Below are positions 28,092 to 40,234 of a stretch of DNA of 64,000 nt, piece after piece. The translations under genes were made by a program, and so were the position numbers. The DNA comes from Eledone cirrhosa (lineage: Eukaryota), in the NCBI GenBank assembly GCA_964016885.1, contig OZ024740.1, positions 122,388,001 to 122,452,000 of the forward strand, in the 5' to 3' direction. The notes below the pieces were generated by a model. It was given only the letters and a program-made list of their open reading frames with translations. It ran no database searches and was not told the DNA's origin. Position 1 is the stretch's first letter; each line of letters starts with the position of its first letter.

Positions 28092-29199
28092 ATGCCTCTC
28101 TATAAGAATACGTAGACTTCAGGCAATTTGATAAACACCGTATTCTTATCATAGATCACATTTGAGAAAACGGCGAAATGTTATAGGATACAATGCAACT
28201 TTCCAACAATATTATTGAAATATATTGTCTAGAGCTTCATCCGGTGAATGATAGTATTTAAAACCTCTACCAACTTTGTCAACTTTATTCATGACTGCAA
28301 CTTTTTATTTGCTCACACTTGAAAGAAAATGTGATAATGAAAATGGATTCATCGACCATAAAAGAAAACTTTAAGACGAAATCGTGGAACTAAACCTTTT
28401 AACAGTATATTTAAATAAATTTCCTTCTGTTGTCATTCCCTTTCGTTTATGATCTCAATGCCTTGTTGTAGGACATAAACGGCTCGTAATCCCATTTCCT
28501 TTCCATTATAAATATGGAAGATTGTGTTTATGTAGGAAATTAATATAAGTAATCAGACAATCAGTATTGTTGTTTTTTTGTATTGCATTAATAACGTGAG
28601 GCTGATTTATGGTACATGAGAAATTGAGCCACAATTTAATGACAATCTATAAAACTGATAATCTAGAGGAAATCAAAAATCTAGACATATGTATGCTATA
28701 ATACGTTTCCTTTCGCACAATCAGGATCGATAAATGTTAGCATAACAGATTTCATGTTTGTAAGGGTTTCCTGATCAGTAATATGCTATAAAACAGAAAT
28801 ACACCGCAGGTCACAGCAACAGTACGAGAATCGATGAAAACTAACTGATTAATTAACTTGTAAATGACGGATCGAAGTTTTATTATATCACTCTTTCGAG
28901 TTTGCAATATACATCCATGAGTTATCCGACAAAGATGGATGTTGCTTTAAAACATTCCTTCCTCTGTTTCTTCTTTGAATTGACAATATATTCTTAACCA
29001 CCGTTTTAAACCTCTATTTTCTTAGAATTTATAATTATTTGTTATTAGTTATTTAAATAATTTTGCTATTAACTTTGAATATTTCTAAGAGTATGTAATA
29101 GTTCCGGGGTAATATTATTAAATAAAGGGTGAGAACTAAAATATCAGGCTCAATAGCGATGACGAGGTGAAGTACAGTTCTGAGCAACGATATATATTA

Positions 29200-30400
29200 A
29201 TAGGAATGGAACTACTTTACACGTGTTGTGTTTAATATATCTGGAGCAGTAATACAACAATCTCCTCCTAATGTTCGGCCAGATCGCTTTTCTGTTAATA
29301 CTTGTAAATATACTTCTTGAACATGATTACGTAATGTCACAAACCGGTTCAAAGAAGGGGTCACTACCTGAACATTAGACAATTCAAAGAGACGAAACAG
29401 TATCGATGTAAACACATGGCTCTAGCGTATTAATAAGTATTTTCAATAAGCTATGAATGCCTTTCTTTTAGATGTATTGTAGGATGTTCCTGTGTATAAC
29501 ACCCACACCTACTAATGTGAATATAGGGCTCTGCAAATTATAATATTTAAAGGCAAATATATTTTGTGAGTGGAATGTATATGTAGAATTTGGGAAGCGC
29601 CATGTGTGATTATCGAAGATTTAGGTATCAAGTATTTGTTGATCAAATATTATACAAGACTGTTTCCTTGGTGTTTCTAACCATTTATTCTTTGGCCGCT
29701 GACGAAAACTAGATTGCCGTGTTTCGACGGGAAAATATTTCCGACGTTTCTATTCATGTCAGTAGGATAACTCGTGTTTGTGGAATTTCGGTTGTATGTA
29801 TATAACGCTAGATTTTATTACATCGCTTTAGGAATATACTGTGATATTAACTCCATACGAGTGTTTGCTATTAAAAGTGAAAATATGCATCTGAGTAATG
29901 AATAGTTGTTTCGGAAACACGAATGAACATCGAATTTGAAAGCATTCGGTTGAGGTGAAGGTCATACTGTATTGTAATATTCTGACAGTAACACCACAGA
30001 TCCAATAGATTACAAATGAAAGGAGTCCCAATGTAACAAATGTATTTAAAATATCACTGATGTAATAATTTGCCACCACTAAATTTCTCGAAGAAAGACC
30101 ACTGAGGAACAACATACAAGAATACATATTTGGTAGATCTGGCTCTACGTAAACCGTATTGATGAATACTTAGAAAGGAGAGTGGCTATATATGCCAGGA
30201 TAGCGAAAATTCAAGGCTTCAAATTGGAACTCAGTTTAGTACGTTGCCAAATATTGAAATAGATCTATGTACATAGAAGAAAACATTGAAGACTTTAATG
30301 AGAATGAGATGTGGTTCTAGAATGTATTGCTTTAAAATATTAGGATGGGTATTCGAAGATTGGGTAAAATTGGTAAAGTGTTCGTATATGTAGACATGTA
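29200..30400 (-). mobile_element. Highly decayed CR1/Jockey-group LINE RT remnant
   Basis: Minus-strand LSIHQYGLRRARST (~30130-30170), SDILNTFVTL (cf. DISKAFDRV) and IRRRLLYYCSRY (cf. IRP.LEYCS) occur in the expected order. Confidence 0.5.
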
Positions 30401-31296
30401 AGGATAAATAGAATCGGGCGAAAGCATTTGCTGTGAATTTTTTAGAGAAAAGTCAATGTGGACGACAAAGAATACAGTCGACAAATATATTGGTTTTATC
30501 AATGAAAGTGTTATTGATATAATCTCATAATTGGTGTGAAACGCGTATATCATAAAATTTAGAAATTTACAAAGAGTTTGATTAACACAACTTTAACTTT
30601 GCTATATTAGAGCGCAGCACGTTCAGAACCATTTTAATTATTTGTTTATGTCAATACAAGAAGTTTATCATCATTTTCTAATTGAACCTCAATTCAACTA
30701 TTCGAAATCAGATACATCTTGTTCATTCCCATAACCTATTAAATATAAATGCATTTACATTATTTTTATTTTCTGAAAACTTTGCTAAGTTAAAACGGAA
30801 AGGAAACAAACTTTCAAAGCAATAAGCGTTATTAATCACAAATATATGTGTGTCTGATCAAGGTGAATTACTGTATTAGTAAATAACAATCCAAGATCAG
30901 AATTTCCGATTCTAAGTATTGTTTAGCGAGGCTTATTTTTTTCATGACGACGTATTTGATGTAAATATTACTTTACATAGCTTGAATAATGCTAAACAAG
31001 CATAATGCCCCTTTGAAGAGAGGGAGAAAGAGAGAGAGAGAGAAGGGGGGAGAGAGAGAGAAAACGACTCATAGATATGTGTGCGTATGTGAATATATAT
31101 GTATATATATATACACATATATATATATATGTATATATATATATAATTACGTAGAAGTATTTATATACTCATATGCGCATTCACACAAACATGCATACAC
31201 ACACATACACATATATACACATATAGATAGTTGCACACACATACATATATGCGCACGTATTTACATATTTATACCCATCCATGTGTATGTATATAA

Positions 31297-31335
<39 letters not shown>

Positions 31336-32110
31336 TACATACATATACACATACACACATATATATAGATATATAGAGAGAGAGGTAAGGGAGAGAATAG
31401 ATACAGAGTGTGAGTGAAAGAGAGGAGGGTGCTACACATTCACCCTCATAAATAAATGAATTACGCAGGGAAAAATCACAAACATAGGCACACACCTGCA
31501 TTCACACATATTTTTACATTCGATTGATAAATGTATTATTCCCGCAACAAAGTAATGACAGCATTTAATAAATATTGCAATGCTGTCTCACGTTCCATAA
31601 CAAAGCTGCATCTAAATTTCCTGAAGCATTTTCCAAGACACTCGCATCAATAATTTGATTTATACACCATAGAATATATAGATGGAATATATTATGATAC
31701 CGAAATATAAACACATTATTTGGGGTGGAATAGCCTCTATGAATCAAAATGTAGGGATGATGCTATAATCAACATTTCCTTGCCCAAAATTCAATGTGGT
31801 GAACTGGCATAGTTGCTCGGGCATCGAATATAATCTTTATGACATTGGTTTTGGCTGCCAGCGCTCGGTGATCAAATCCCTTTGATGTTAATGTTTCGTT
31901 CCGTCTTTCAATATCGATAAATAAAGTTCTAATTTATAACTGCTCTCGATGTTTCTCCGTTTATCTTTCTTATTCTCCAGAGATAATCCACTCTGGATAG
32001 GAATGGACTACGCCAGGATTAAAATGTCCAAGATAGTAGTCCCTACAGTTTTTTTCCGGTGCTATGGGTCCATGGATGCATGTATAGAAAAGTCACTTAC
32101 GTAAATCTCA

Positions 32111-32340
32111 TCTATATATCTAAAACAGAGAATGTCTGTCTGGCTGACTCCCTAAAACTCAACAACCACCCAACCGATTTTGTTCAAACATTAATGCTTA
32201 TGGTGGTGTGAGTATTTTGAGCAAAGAATGTTTCAAATGTTCAATGCCTTAGAGACCGCATTAGATAGCTATAACGTCGCGCCCTTATAATATCTCTATG
32301 TATGTCTGGCTGTCTGCATAACGACATTATGACACTATCT
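32111..32340 (+). mobile_element. Helitron-like 5' end
   Basis: A|TCTATATATCTAAAA..gaatgtctgtctg, a typical non-autonomous Helitron start. Confidence 0.5.
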
Positions 32341-32378
32341 GTGTATATATGTATATATAGTGTGTGTATATATATATA

Positions 32379-32925
32379 GTGCGTAACGTCTTTCGAAATA
32401 TTTACTTCTGCGTTCACAGATTGATTTTTTTTTATTTCAGAAGATCCCGTTAAGGGTGAAAGCAACGATTCTTCGCTTAAATTTTAATCTGTTATTTTAA
32501 TATATACAAGCAGAATGGCCCGGCGCTGTTCGGGATTCAAAACATAGATTGGCATGTTTATGAAACAGTTTCGTCGTATGTTCTCCAATTGATGCAGTGG
32601 TCCTAATAAAAAGTAAATTCGCCTTGGGGGAATAGGCAAACAATTTTCCATTAAGATTTTTCAAAAGCATGTAATTGCGTTTCCTCTCTTTTTTGTTGAT
32701 GTTTCTGTTGCTGTCAAGCCTCGTGAAATAAATACGTTTGTTTATATGTTGTTATTGTGTATGCAAAAATATATGTACACGAATATATAATTATATATAT
32801 ATATTAAAATAACAGATTAAAGTTTAAGCGAAGAATCGCTGCTTTCACCCTTAACGGAATCTTATGAAACTAAAAAAATCAATCTGTGAACGCAAAAGTA
32901 AATATTTCGAAAGACGTTACACATT
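32379..32925. repeat. Two inverted copies of a ~125-bp TA-flanked element (32379-32500 / 32804-32923)
   Basis: Reverse-complement match; its 3' end recurs at 42169-42193 next to (TA)n. Confidence 0.85.
32507..32713 (-). mobile_element. Non-autonomous Helitron 3' end, same family as 34027-34244
   Basis: Reverse-complement homology over ~200 bp including the hairpin; terminus CTTG|T. Confidence 0.75.
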
Positions 32926-32945
32926 ATATATATATATATATATAT

Positions 32946-33972
32946 CCAAAATTAAGATAAATCAAATGAATTTAATCTAAATCAAAATTATGGGTGTCAT
33001 GCCAGAAAGACATACGCCATCATACCCGCAAAATAAGCTCTAAGATTCTAACGAGTAGATCCGAGCATTTTATAATAACTAGAAATTGATTAACATATAA
33101 ATAAACATGAATAATCACTGGAGATAATTTTTACAAGTGTGTAACCACACATAGCTAGGTATGTTACTAAATAAAGTTGACCAGAACTTCAAAAATAGAT
33201 ACCTTATAATATGATTAATCTTCACTGTATATATTCCATTAAAGAAATATATTTCACCAATTAATCGGATGGTAAACCACGGAAGTGGAGACTTGGATTT
33301 TCAACAAGGAAGAAGTTCCAGCGATAGTGTTTACACTTCAAGTTCAAATCAGCGACTGGCCAGCAACACGTGCTATATTTACTAGAAATACGCACATCAT
33401 ACTAGCTTCGTCCCAGTGGCGTGAATAGGGTTATCGACAACTAGAAACAGCAGTCGAGTCCATTCAACAGAGTTAGCTCTACAATTAAGGAGCCGTATTT
33501 TTATATCTATATCCAAAATTAAGATAAATGAAGTGAATTTAATCTAAATCAAAATTATGGGTGTCATGCCAGAAATACAGCGCCATATCACCCGCATGGA
33601 ACTGGATCGCTGGAACTTCTTCCTTGTTGAAAATTCAAGTCTCCACTTCCGTGGTTTACCATCCGATTAATTGGTGAAATATATTTCTTTAATAGAATAT
33701 ATACAGGGAAGATTAATCATATTATAAGGTATCTATTTTTGAAGTTCTGGTCAACTTTATTTAATTACCTACCTAGCTATATGTGGTTACACACTTGTAA
33801 AAATTATCTCCTGTGATTATTCATGTTAATCAATTTCTACATATTTTAAAATGCTCGGACCTACTCGTTAGAATCTTAGAGCTTATTTTGCGGGTGATAT
33901 GGCGCATGTCTTTCTGGCATGACACCCATAATTTTCATTTAGATTAAATTCATTTCATTCATCTTAAATTGG
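32946..33972. repeat. ~370-bp inverted repeat (32946-33325 / 33607-33972) with a third partial copy at 33511-33596
   Basis: Direct reverse-complement match along the whole arm; the left end abuts (TA)n. Confidence 0.9.
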
Positions 33973-34026
33973 CTGAAGAAGGACGAGACTGTGTTAGTAG
34001 TACGACCAACAGCCGCTATCACACCA

Positions 34027-34244
34027 ACAGCAGCAAAAACAACAACAAAAATGAGAGGGAGCGCAATTACAATTTTTTGAAAAATCTTAATGGAAAATGA
34101 TTTCCATATTCAACCAAGGCAATTCACTTTTTATGAGGACTTCTGCATCAATTGGTGAACATATGACGAAACTGTTTCAGAAAGGAGGGATAAAGATGCC
34201 AATCTATGTTTAGAATCCCGAGCAACGCCGGGCCGTTCTGCTAG
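34027..34244 (+). mobile_element. Non-autonomous Helitron 3' end
   Basis: Subterminal hairpin cccgagcaacgccggg followed by CTAG|T. Confidence 0.8.
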
Positions 34245-34287
34245 TAGTTACAAATCGTGTTTCCATTGTTTCTTTTCCAGAAATGTA

Positions 34288-34381
<94 letters not shown>

Positions 34382-34383
<2 letters not shown>

Positions 34384-34572
34384 CGAAGGAAATGTGGTAA
34401 GGAACCAGATGGACCATAACGCACCAAAGTACTCAATACTTAAGGTAGTAGAGTGGCTAATAGGAACAAGTAGGACCCCGACGCCTGAGCTCAAGCCGTC
34501 TCGACGGCTAATTCTGGACTCAGAATTACCCGTCGAAACGGCTTCAGCTCAGCCGTCGGGGTCCTACTCGTT

Positions 34573-34576
<4 letters not shown>
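34382..34576 (-). mobile_element. TA-inserted fold-back element, family A copy 2
   Basis: Same sequence and ends as 23272-23485, different apex. Confidence 0.9.
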
Positions 34577-34618
<42 letters not shown>

Positions 34619-34623
34619 GATAT

Positions 34624-34676
<53 letters not shown>

Positions 34677-34682
34677 TAGATA

Positions 34683-34739
<57 letters not shown>

Positions 34740-34741
<2 letters not shown>

Positions 34742-34953
34742 CGAAGGAAATGTGGTAAGGAATCAGGTGGACCATAACGCACCAAAGTACTCAATACTTA
34801 GGGTAGTAGAGTGGGTAATAGGAACGAGTACGACCCCGACGGCTGAGCTCAAGCCGTTTCGACGGCTAATGTTGGACTCTTTTTTTTTTTTTTAGTCCCG
34901 AATTAGCCGTCGAAACGGCTTGATCTCAGCCGTCGGGGTCCTACTCGTTCCTA
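34740..34953 (-). mobile_element. TA-inserted fold-back element, family A copy 3
   Basis: Same ends; poly-T apex. Confidence 0.9.
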
Positions 34954-34971
34954 TATATATATATATATATT

Positions 34972-35029
<58 letters not shown>

Positions 35030-36269
35030 AGCTTGGAACTCCCTTAACGAAAATACATTTTTTTCTTGAAAAGTCTTTCTTGATAAACCTACTGAAGGGT
35101 TTCAGGAAGATTTTTTGAAAATTCCTCTGACGGGTATAGGAAAATTATAATTCATATTTTATATTGTGTATTTTTATATTTCTATATTCTTATATTTTTC
35201 AAATGCTTAATATATATATATCCAAATGTTTATATATATATGATAAACATAGTGATATTTGATGTATATGTGGTATAACCTAAAATTTATACTTTAAATA
35301 TATTTTATAAATATATTTTTCTGAAAGAGCTTTTTTATGCTTTATGCTTTAAATATATTCTTATGAAAATTTTAAATGTTATAATTTATATATGTTGTGA
35401 CGTTATGGCAAGTAAATTTATGTTTTATCTGTTATAACTTTATAACAGTTAAATTTATGAATTTATAAATTTATGACTTAGTATAAAATAACATAAGATT
35501 CATATTCTAATTACATTCTTAATATAGATAATTTAACTTTTTAACTTATAGCATTTAATACTTAGAGTCATCTGAGTTATTAATAAATCACTAATAACTT
35601 CCTTTACGCTGTACTGCTATTATAATACAAATAAGGGGTTATTCTTCTGTAAACTCTCGGAATTTCCATGGGTTTAGAATTATTTGGATACTTTTAACCT
35701 ACAATTTTTTAATAATTAATAATTAATGATAATATATATTTTATAATAATAATAATATATATGTTTTTATAATACTAATATATATTTTTTCATAATATAT
35801 AAAAAAATTTAATTTTTTTTATTTTTTTTATTTTTTCAATAATCTAACAAACACATTTAAACTAATGATAAAACTATTAAATTATTAATTAAACATTTAA
35901 TCAAATTTATTAATTAAACCTTAGATAACATTTGTTCAGCCTATCATTATAATGAATCCTGCTGTTGTATTATTCATCCACGCTATATTCGTTTCTTCGC
36001 TTCTTCTCTCCTCTCACGTAAACAAACTTACGCTATAATTGTCCTTATAACTAATATTTTCTCTCACTTAAATGTTTACTCTCTCCCACTGGCAAAAAAT
36101 ATATATAAACAGTTCTTTTTCTCTTTCTTTTTTCTCTTTCTTTTCTCTCTCTTCCAACGGTTTAATTTAAATATACTGTTATTTAAACCTTTCCGACATT
36201 CATTTGCATACTAAATCATAACAATAAATCTAATATCTCCACTATCCAGGAAGCTCCAACCGTTCAGGT

Positions 36270-36518
36270 TGCATTTTCTCAGGGTATGAAAATATTTATT
36301 TATAAGACTATTCTGCATTGTATTTTATATGATGAAAGCGCACCATAATCTGCCTTGGTGGCCCTTAAAATATGTATAATAAAATAAATATGGTTTTATA
36401 AATATAGTTTCCATTTGTTAATATATTGTATATTTACTCCAATAATTTGTTGAGTGCTTTATATCAGTTATAAAAATATTTTTAGCTTGTTGTATCCCAA
36501 CATATTAAATATAACCTA

Positions 36519-36522
<4 letters not shown>
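36270..36522 (+). mobile_element. Family C PLE-type 3' end with decayed hammerhead, ending in (TA)n
   Basis: tattttat aTGATGA aagcgcacca...tggtggccctt aAAA tatgta TA ataaaata, plus a tail homologous to the reverse complement of 13616-13835. Confidence 0.7.
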
Positions 36523-36555
<33 letters not shown>

Positions 36556-36557
<2 letters not shown>

Positions 36558-36750
36558 CGAAGGAAATGTGGTAAGCAACCAGATGGACCATAACGCACAA
36601 AAGTACTCAATGCTTAGGATAGTAGAGTGGGTAATAGGAACAAGTATGACCCCGACAGCAGAGCTCAAGCCGTTTCGACGGCTAGTTCTGGGTTCCCAGA
36701 ATTAGCCGTCGAAACAGCTTGAGCTCTGCTGCCGGTGTCATACTTGTTCC

Positions 36751-36752
<2 letters not shown>
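36556..36752 (-). mobile_element. TA-inserted fold-back element, family A copy 4
   Basis: Same ends; copy-specific variants are mirrored in both arms. Confidence 0.9.
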
Positions 36753-36813
<61 letters not shown>

Positions 36814-37029
36814 CAAGTCCTGAGTCCAATCTTTTTCGTTGCTATGGCAATACGGCTGGACTGCCCCGCGCTATATTTGATTTGCAAAGCTGTCTAAACG
36901 TAGTGTTATAATTCTGGGGTTTTTATTCCCCATCGAGTGCTAAAGCTGCATTCCTAATCTGCATTAGTTAGCTTAGCCGCAGCCTAAGGCTTAGTTAATG
37001 CTGTACTAAAATGTATATATATATATATA

Positions 37030-37500
37030 CGGGATAACAGGTTATCGTTATAGGCATGTCCACTTAGATGTAGTTCAGTTGGAGTACTCTGTGTAGTGGA
37101 TAGTATAAACGTGTGGCTTAGTTTGACTCAACAAGCCGTTTCCACAGTGATGCTGCGAGTTCGCGGTGATTTCTATGTAATTTATACTTGGAGTAATAAT
37201 AATTCAAGAAAGAAGAGTGACATGGTTTGCTATACAATAAAGGCTTTATTCACATTGTGGACAATTATTTCTTTGATCTGGTAGGTTTAGAGTTCGGTAC
37301 TCGCCTGATTTTACGTAAATCGATCTCCAATACTTTGTTTATAACCAGCATTATAAACAAAGCATTATAAATAAAGTATTGGAGATCGATTGACGCAAAA
37401 TCAGGTGAGTAGCGAACTCTAGGCCTACCAGATCAAAGAAACAAATGTGAATAAATCCCTTATTGTATAGCAAACCATGTCACTCTTCTTTCTTGAATTA
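37030..37500 (-). mobile_element. TA-inserted fold-back element, family B
   Basis: Arms 37199-37344 and 37365-37502 are inverted; the tail at 37030-37198 is homologous to 41911-42073. Confidence 0.8.
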
Positions 37501-37518
37501 TATATATATATATAAATA

Positions 37519-37884
37519 CTATCAGATTTACCCGGCGTTGCCGGGCGTTTGAAATGCAACAAAGAATAAACAAGAATCAAACGATAATATTAGTGATTTA
37601 TCTTCAAATGATTCTGATATTTATATTTCTGTCAATAAAGTTGGTTATCTCCCTTTTTTATAAGGATTGTCAATAAAGTTGGCTATCTCCCTTACATCAA
37701 TTTTGCTACCGATAATTTTGATATCGATTTTTTAGTGCTCAACGTGGGTCGATTGGGAGAATGTTCGTGATGTGACCATCTTAGCGACCTGTGCAACGTG
37801 CACAGAAGAATTGTTCAAATTCGGTTGGTAATTGTAAAAGCCTTAGGTATCCAAAGTTGTAGACAGACACACACATCCTCAATG

Positions 37885-37890
<6 letters not shown>
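37519..37890 (-). mobile_element. Non-autonomous Helitron
   Basis: Minus strand starts tatatataa..gaggatgtgtgtgtctgtct and ends cccggcaacgccggg-taaatctgATAG|T. Confidence 0.55.
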
Positions 37891-37929
<39 letters not shown>

Positions 37930-37956
37930 CATATGTGTATATATACACACACACAC

Positions 37957-37999
<43 letters not shown>

Positions 38000-38094
38000 T
38001 TCAGTGTTTGGTAGTAGCCTCTTGTAAAGTTATATTGTGAGGGCATAAATAATAAATACACTTTAATATTAAGCGTCACGTATGAAGTACGTTG

Positions 38095-38770
38095 ATTCAA
38101 GTCTGTAGAAAAATTAATAGACTTTTGTTTTCATGGGAAGTAACGACGTTAGGGAGACACCTGTGTTCAAAGATGAGCTGCGCACATTCAAGTGCATGCG
38201 TGGTTTTTGGCAAGAACCCAGGATGCGTCAGTCGCTGTCGAATAGCTAACGCTACAGGTACTGTACTGTTTCACATTTTTATTTCAACCGGTACTGCCAA
38301 TAAGACTCCTGACTTTCTGAATACCATGATAACTGGAGATGCGGCGTGGATGTACGTGTAGAACTAGAAAAATAAAGCTCAGTCATCACAGTAGAAGCAC
38401 CCAACATCACTGCTGAGGTTTTGTACTATACGATGTCTTCGTGATGCAGTTTGGCGCAAGAGACAGGAACAGTGGTACCCGAATAACTGGCAGATGTTTT
38501 ATGACAATGCACAGGCTCATTCATTGCAGTTAATCCAAAGTTTGTTGATGAAGGACGATATTTCGCTCATCAACAGTCCTAGGCGAAATAATACAATGCA
38601 GAGGGCGATAGAAAAGTTGAGAGCCACTCTTCGAACTTTGGAAGAATCTTTGGGCTACGTGTGTAGAAGCATAATAAGCCTATTTTGAAAAGGATTAGCA
38701 AATACATACTACACAGTAGGCAGTTTATTCCCAGCCTTCTTTCAGATACAGTTTGGACACACCTTTTGTA
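38095..38770 (+). mobile_element. Internally deleted, decayed mariner-like transposon
   Basis: FLNTMITGDAAWMYV*..KAQSSQ*KHP (cf. ITGDETW.Y.YDPE.K.QS.QWKH) and LRDAVWRKR...NWQMFYDNAQAHS (cf. HDNAPAH). Confidence 0.7.
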
Positions 38771-39164
38771 TTTGGCGTTATAATGTGGATTCTTTCTCAA
38801 AGGCGGTATAGTTTTTTTATGATTTTGACAAATATTTATACAAACAGGAAGCTTTAAACAAGATAATGTATGTGCAGATAATATATATAATTAAAACATT
38901 GCAAATCAAACGACAATAGCTGCTTAAGTAAACGTGCGCGTGTATGCGATAGACTTCCGCACCGTTTATATATTTATCAACAAATTGATGGAGCTTTTGT
39001 TTTATTGCAGTGTGGTAGAGCTATTAAAACAAAACACTCTGCCATGAAAGGAGTGTGGTAAATTTTCCACATGGGATGGGACTATATCAAATAATACATA
39101 ATGTGCTGTCAACTCGGTAATACATGGATGCACCCACACATATCTGATATCATATTTATATCGG

Positions 39165-39225
<61 letters not shown>

Positions 39226-39259
39226 GGGGGGGCAGGGAGAGAGAGAGGGGGGGGGGGGC

Positions 39260-39310
<51 letters not shown>

Positions 39311-39527
39311 TACAGACAGACAAGTATTCACTAAATCTTATACCAGATTAATCTAAATAATTGGTTTGAAATGATCGACTGAATACGTGACGCGGGTATT
39401 CCAGCGTGGCTATAGTCAAATGACTGGAACCAATAAAACTATAGACATATATATATATATGTGTGTGTGTGTGCGTGTTTGTATATGTGTGTGTGGGGAG
39501 GGGGGGCGATATCTCTATATATATATA

Positions 39528-39928
39528 TTGTTATACTTGGGGAGGGTCATATTGTTGTAATAATTGTTTCTACTGTTTGGCATAAGGCCAGCAATTATCC
39601 AGTGCATTACTGGTACTTTATTTGATCGACCCCGTAAGGATGAAAGGCAAAGTTAACCTCGGCGGGTTAACATATTGTTGTAATAATATTTCCAGAATTA
39701 ATAAATGAACACACTCACTGTTTGGTTGGTTTTCGCTTCTGTATCTTTTATATCAATTAATTTATTCGGTCCTCAATGTTTACCATCAGTCAATGGTAAA
39801 CATTGAGGACCGAATAAATTAACTGATATAAAAGATACAGAAGGGAAAACCAATCAAACAGTGCGTGTGTTCTGTTATTAATTCTGGAAATATTATTACA
39901 ACAATATGACCCTCCCCAAGTATAACAA
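39528..39928. mobile_element. TA-inserted symmetric fold-back element interrupted by a SINE
   Basis: Arms meet at a 6-nt loop (39787-39792); the left arm is split by a SINE with a 17-bp TSD. Confidence 0.85.
39565..39667 (-). mobile_element. 5'-truncated SINE with 17-bp TSD catattgttgtaataat
   Basis: TSD at 39548-39564 and 39671-39687. Confidence 0.88.
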
Positions 39929-39944
39929 TATATATATACACACA

Positions 39945-40060
<116 letters not shown>

Positions 40061-40163
40061 TTCAAGGAAACAACAAAACAGACGCTTTATATGGAAGTAG
40101 GAAAGAAATTTTGACTTCAGGGGAACAAAAATAGAGTTCACAAAGGAATGATACAGAAACGCA

Positions 40164-40230
<67 letters not shown>

Positions 40231-40234
<4 letters not shown>

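Noticed and set aside
34283-34675. Recurrent peptide [25 protein letters not shown] in several ORFs
   Set aside because: Incidental reading of the family A fold-back element; no start context, and it opens only through TA repeats.
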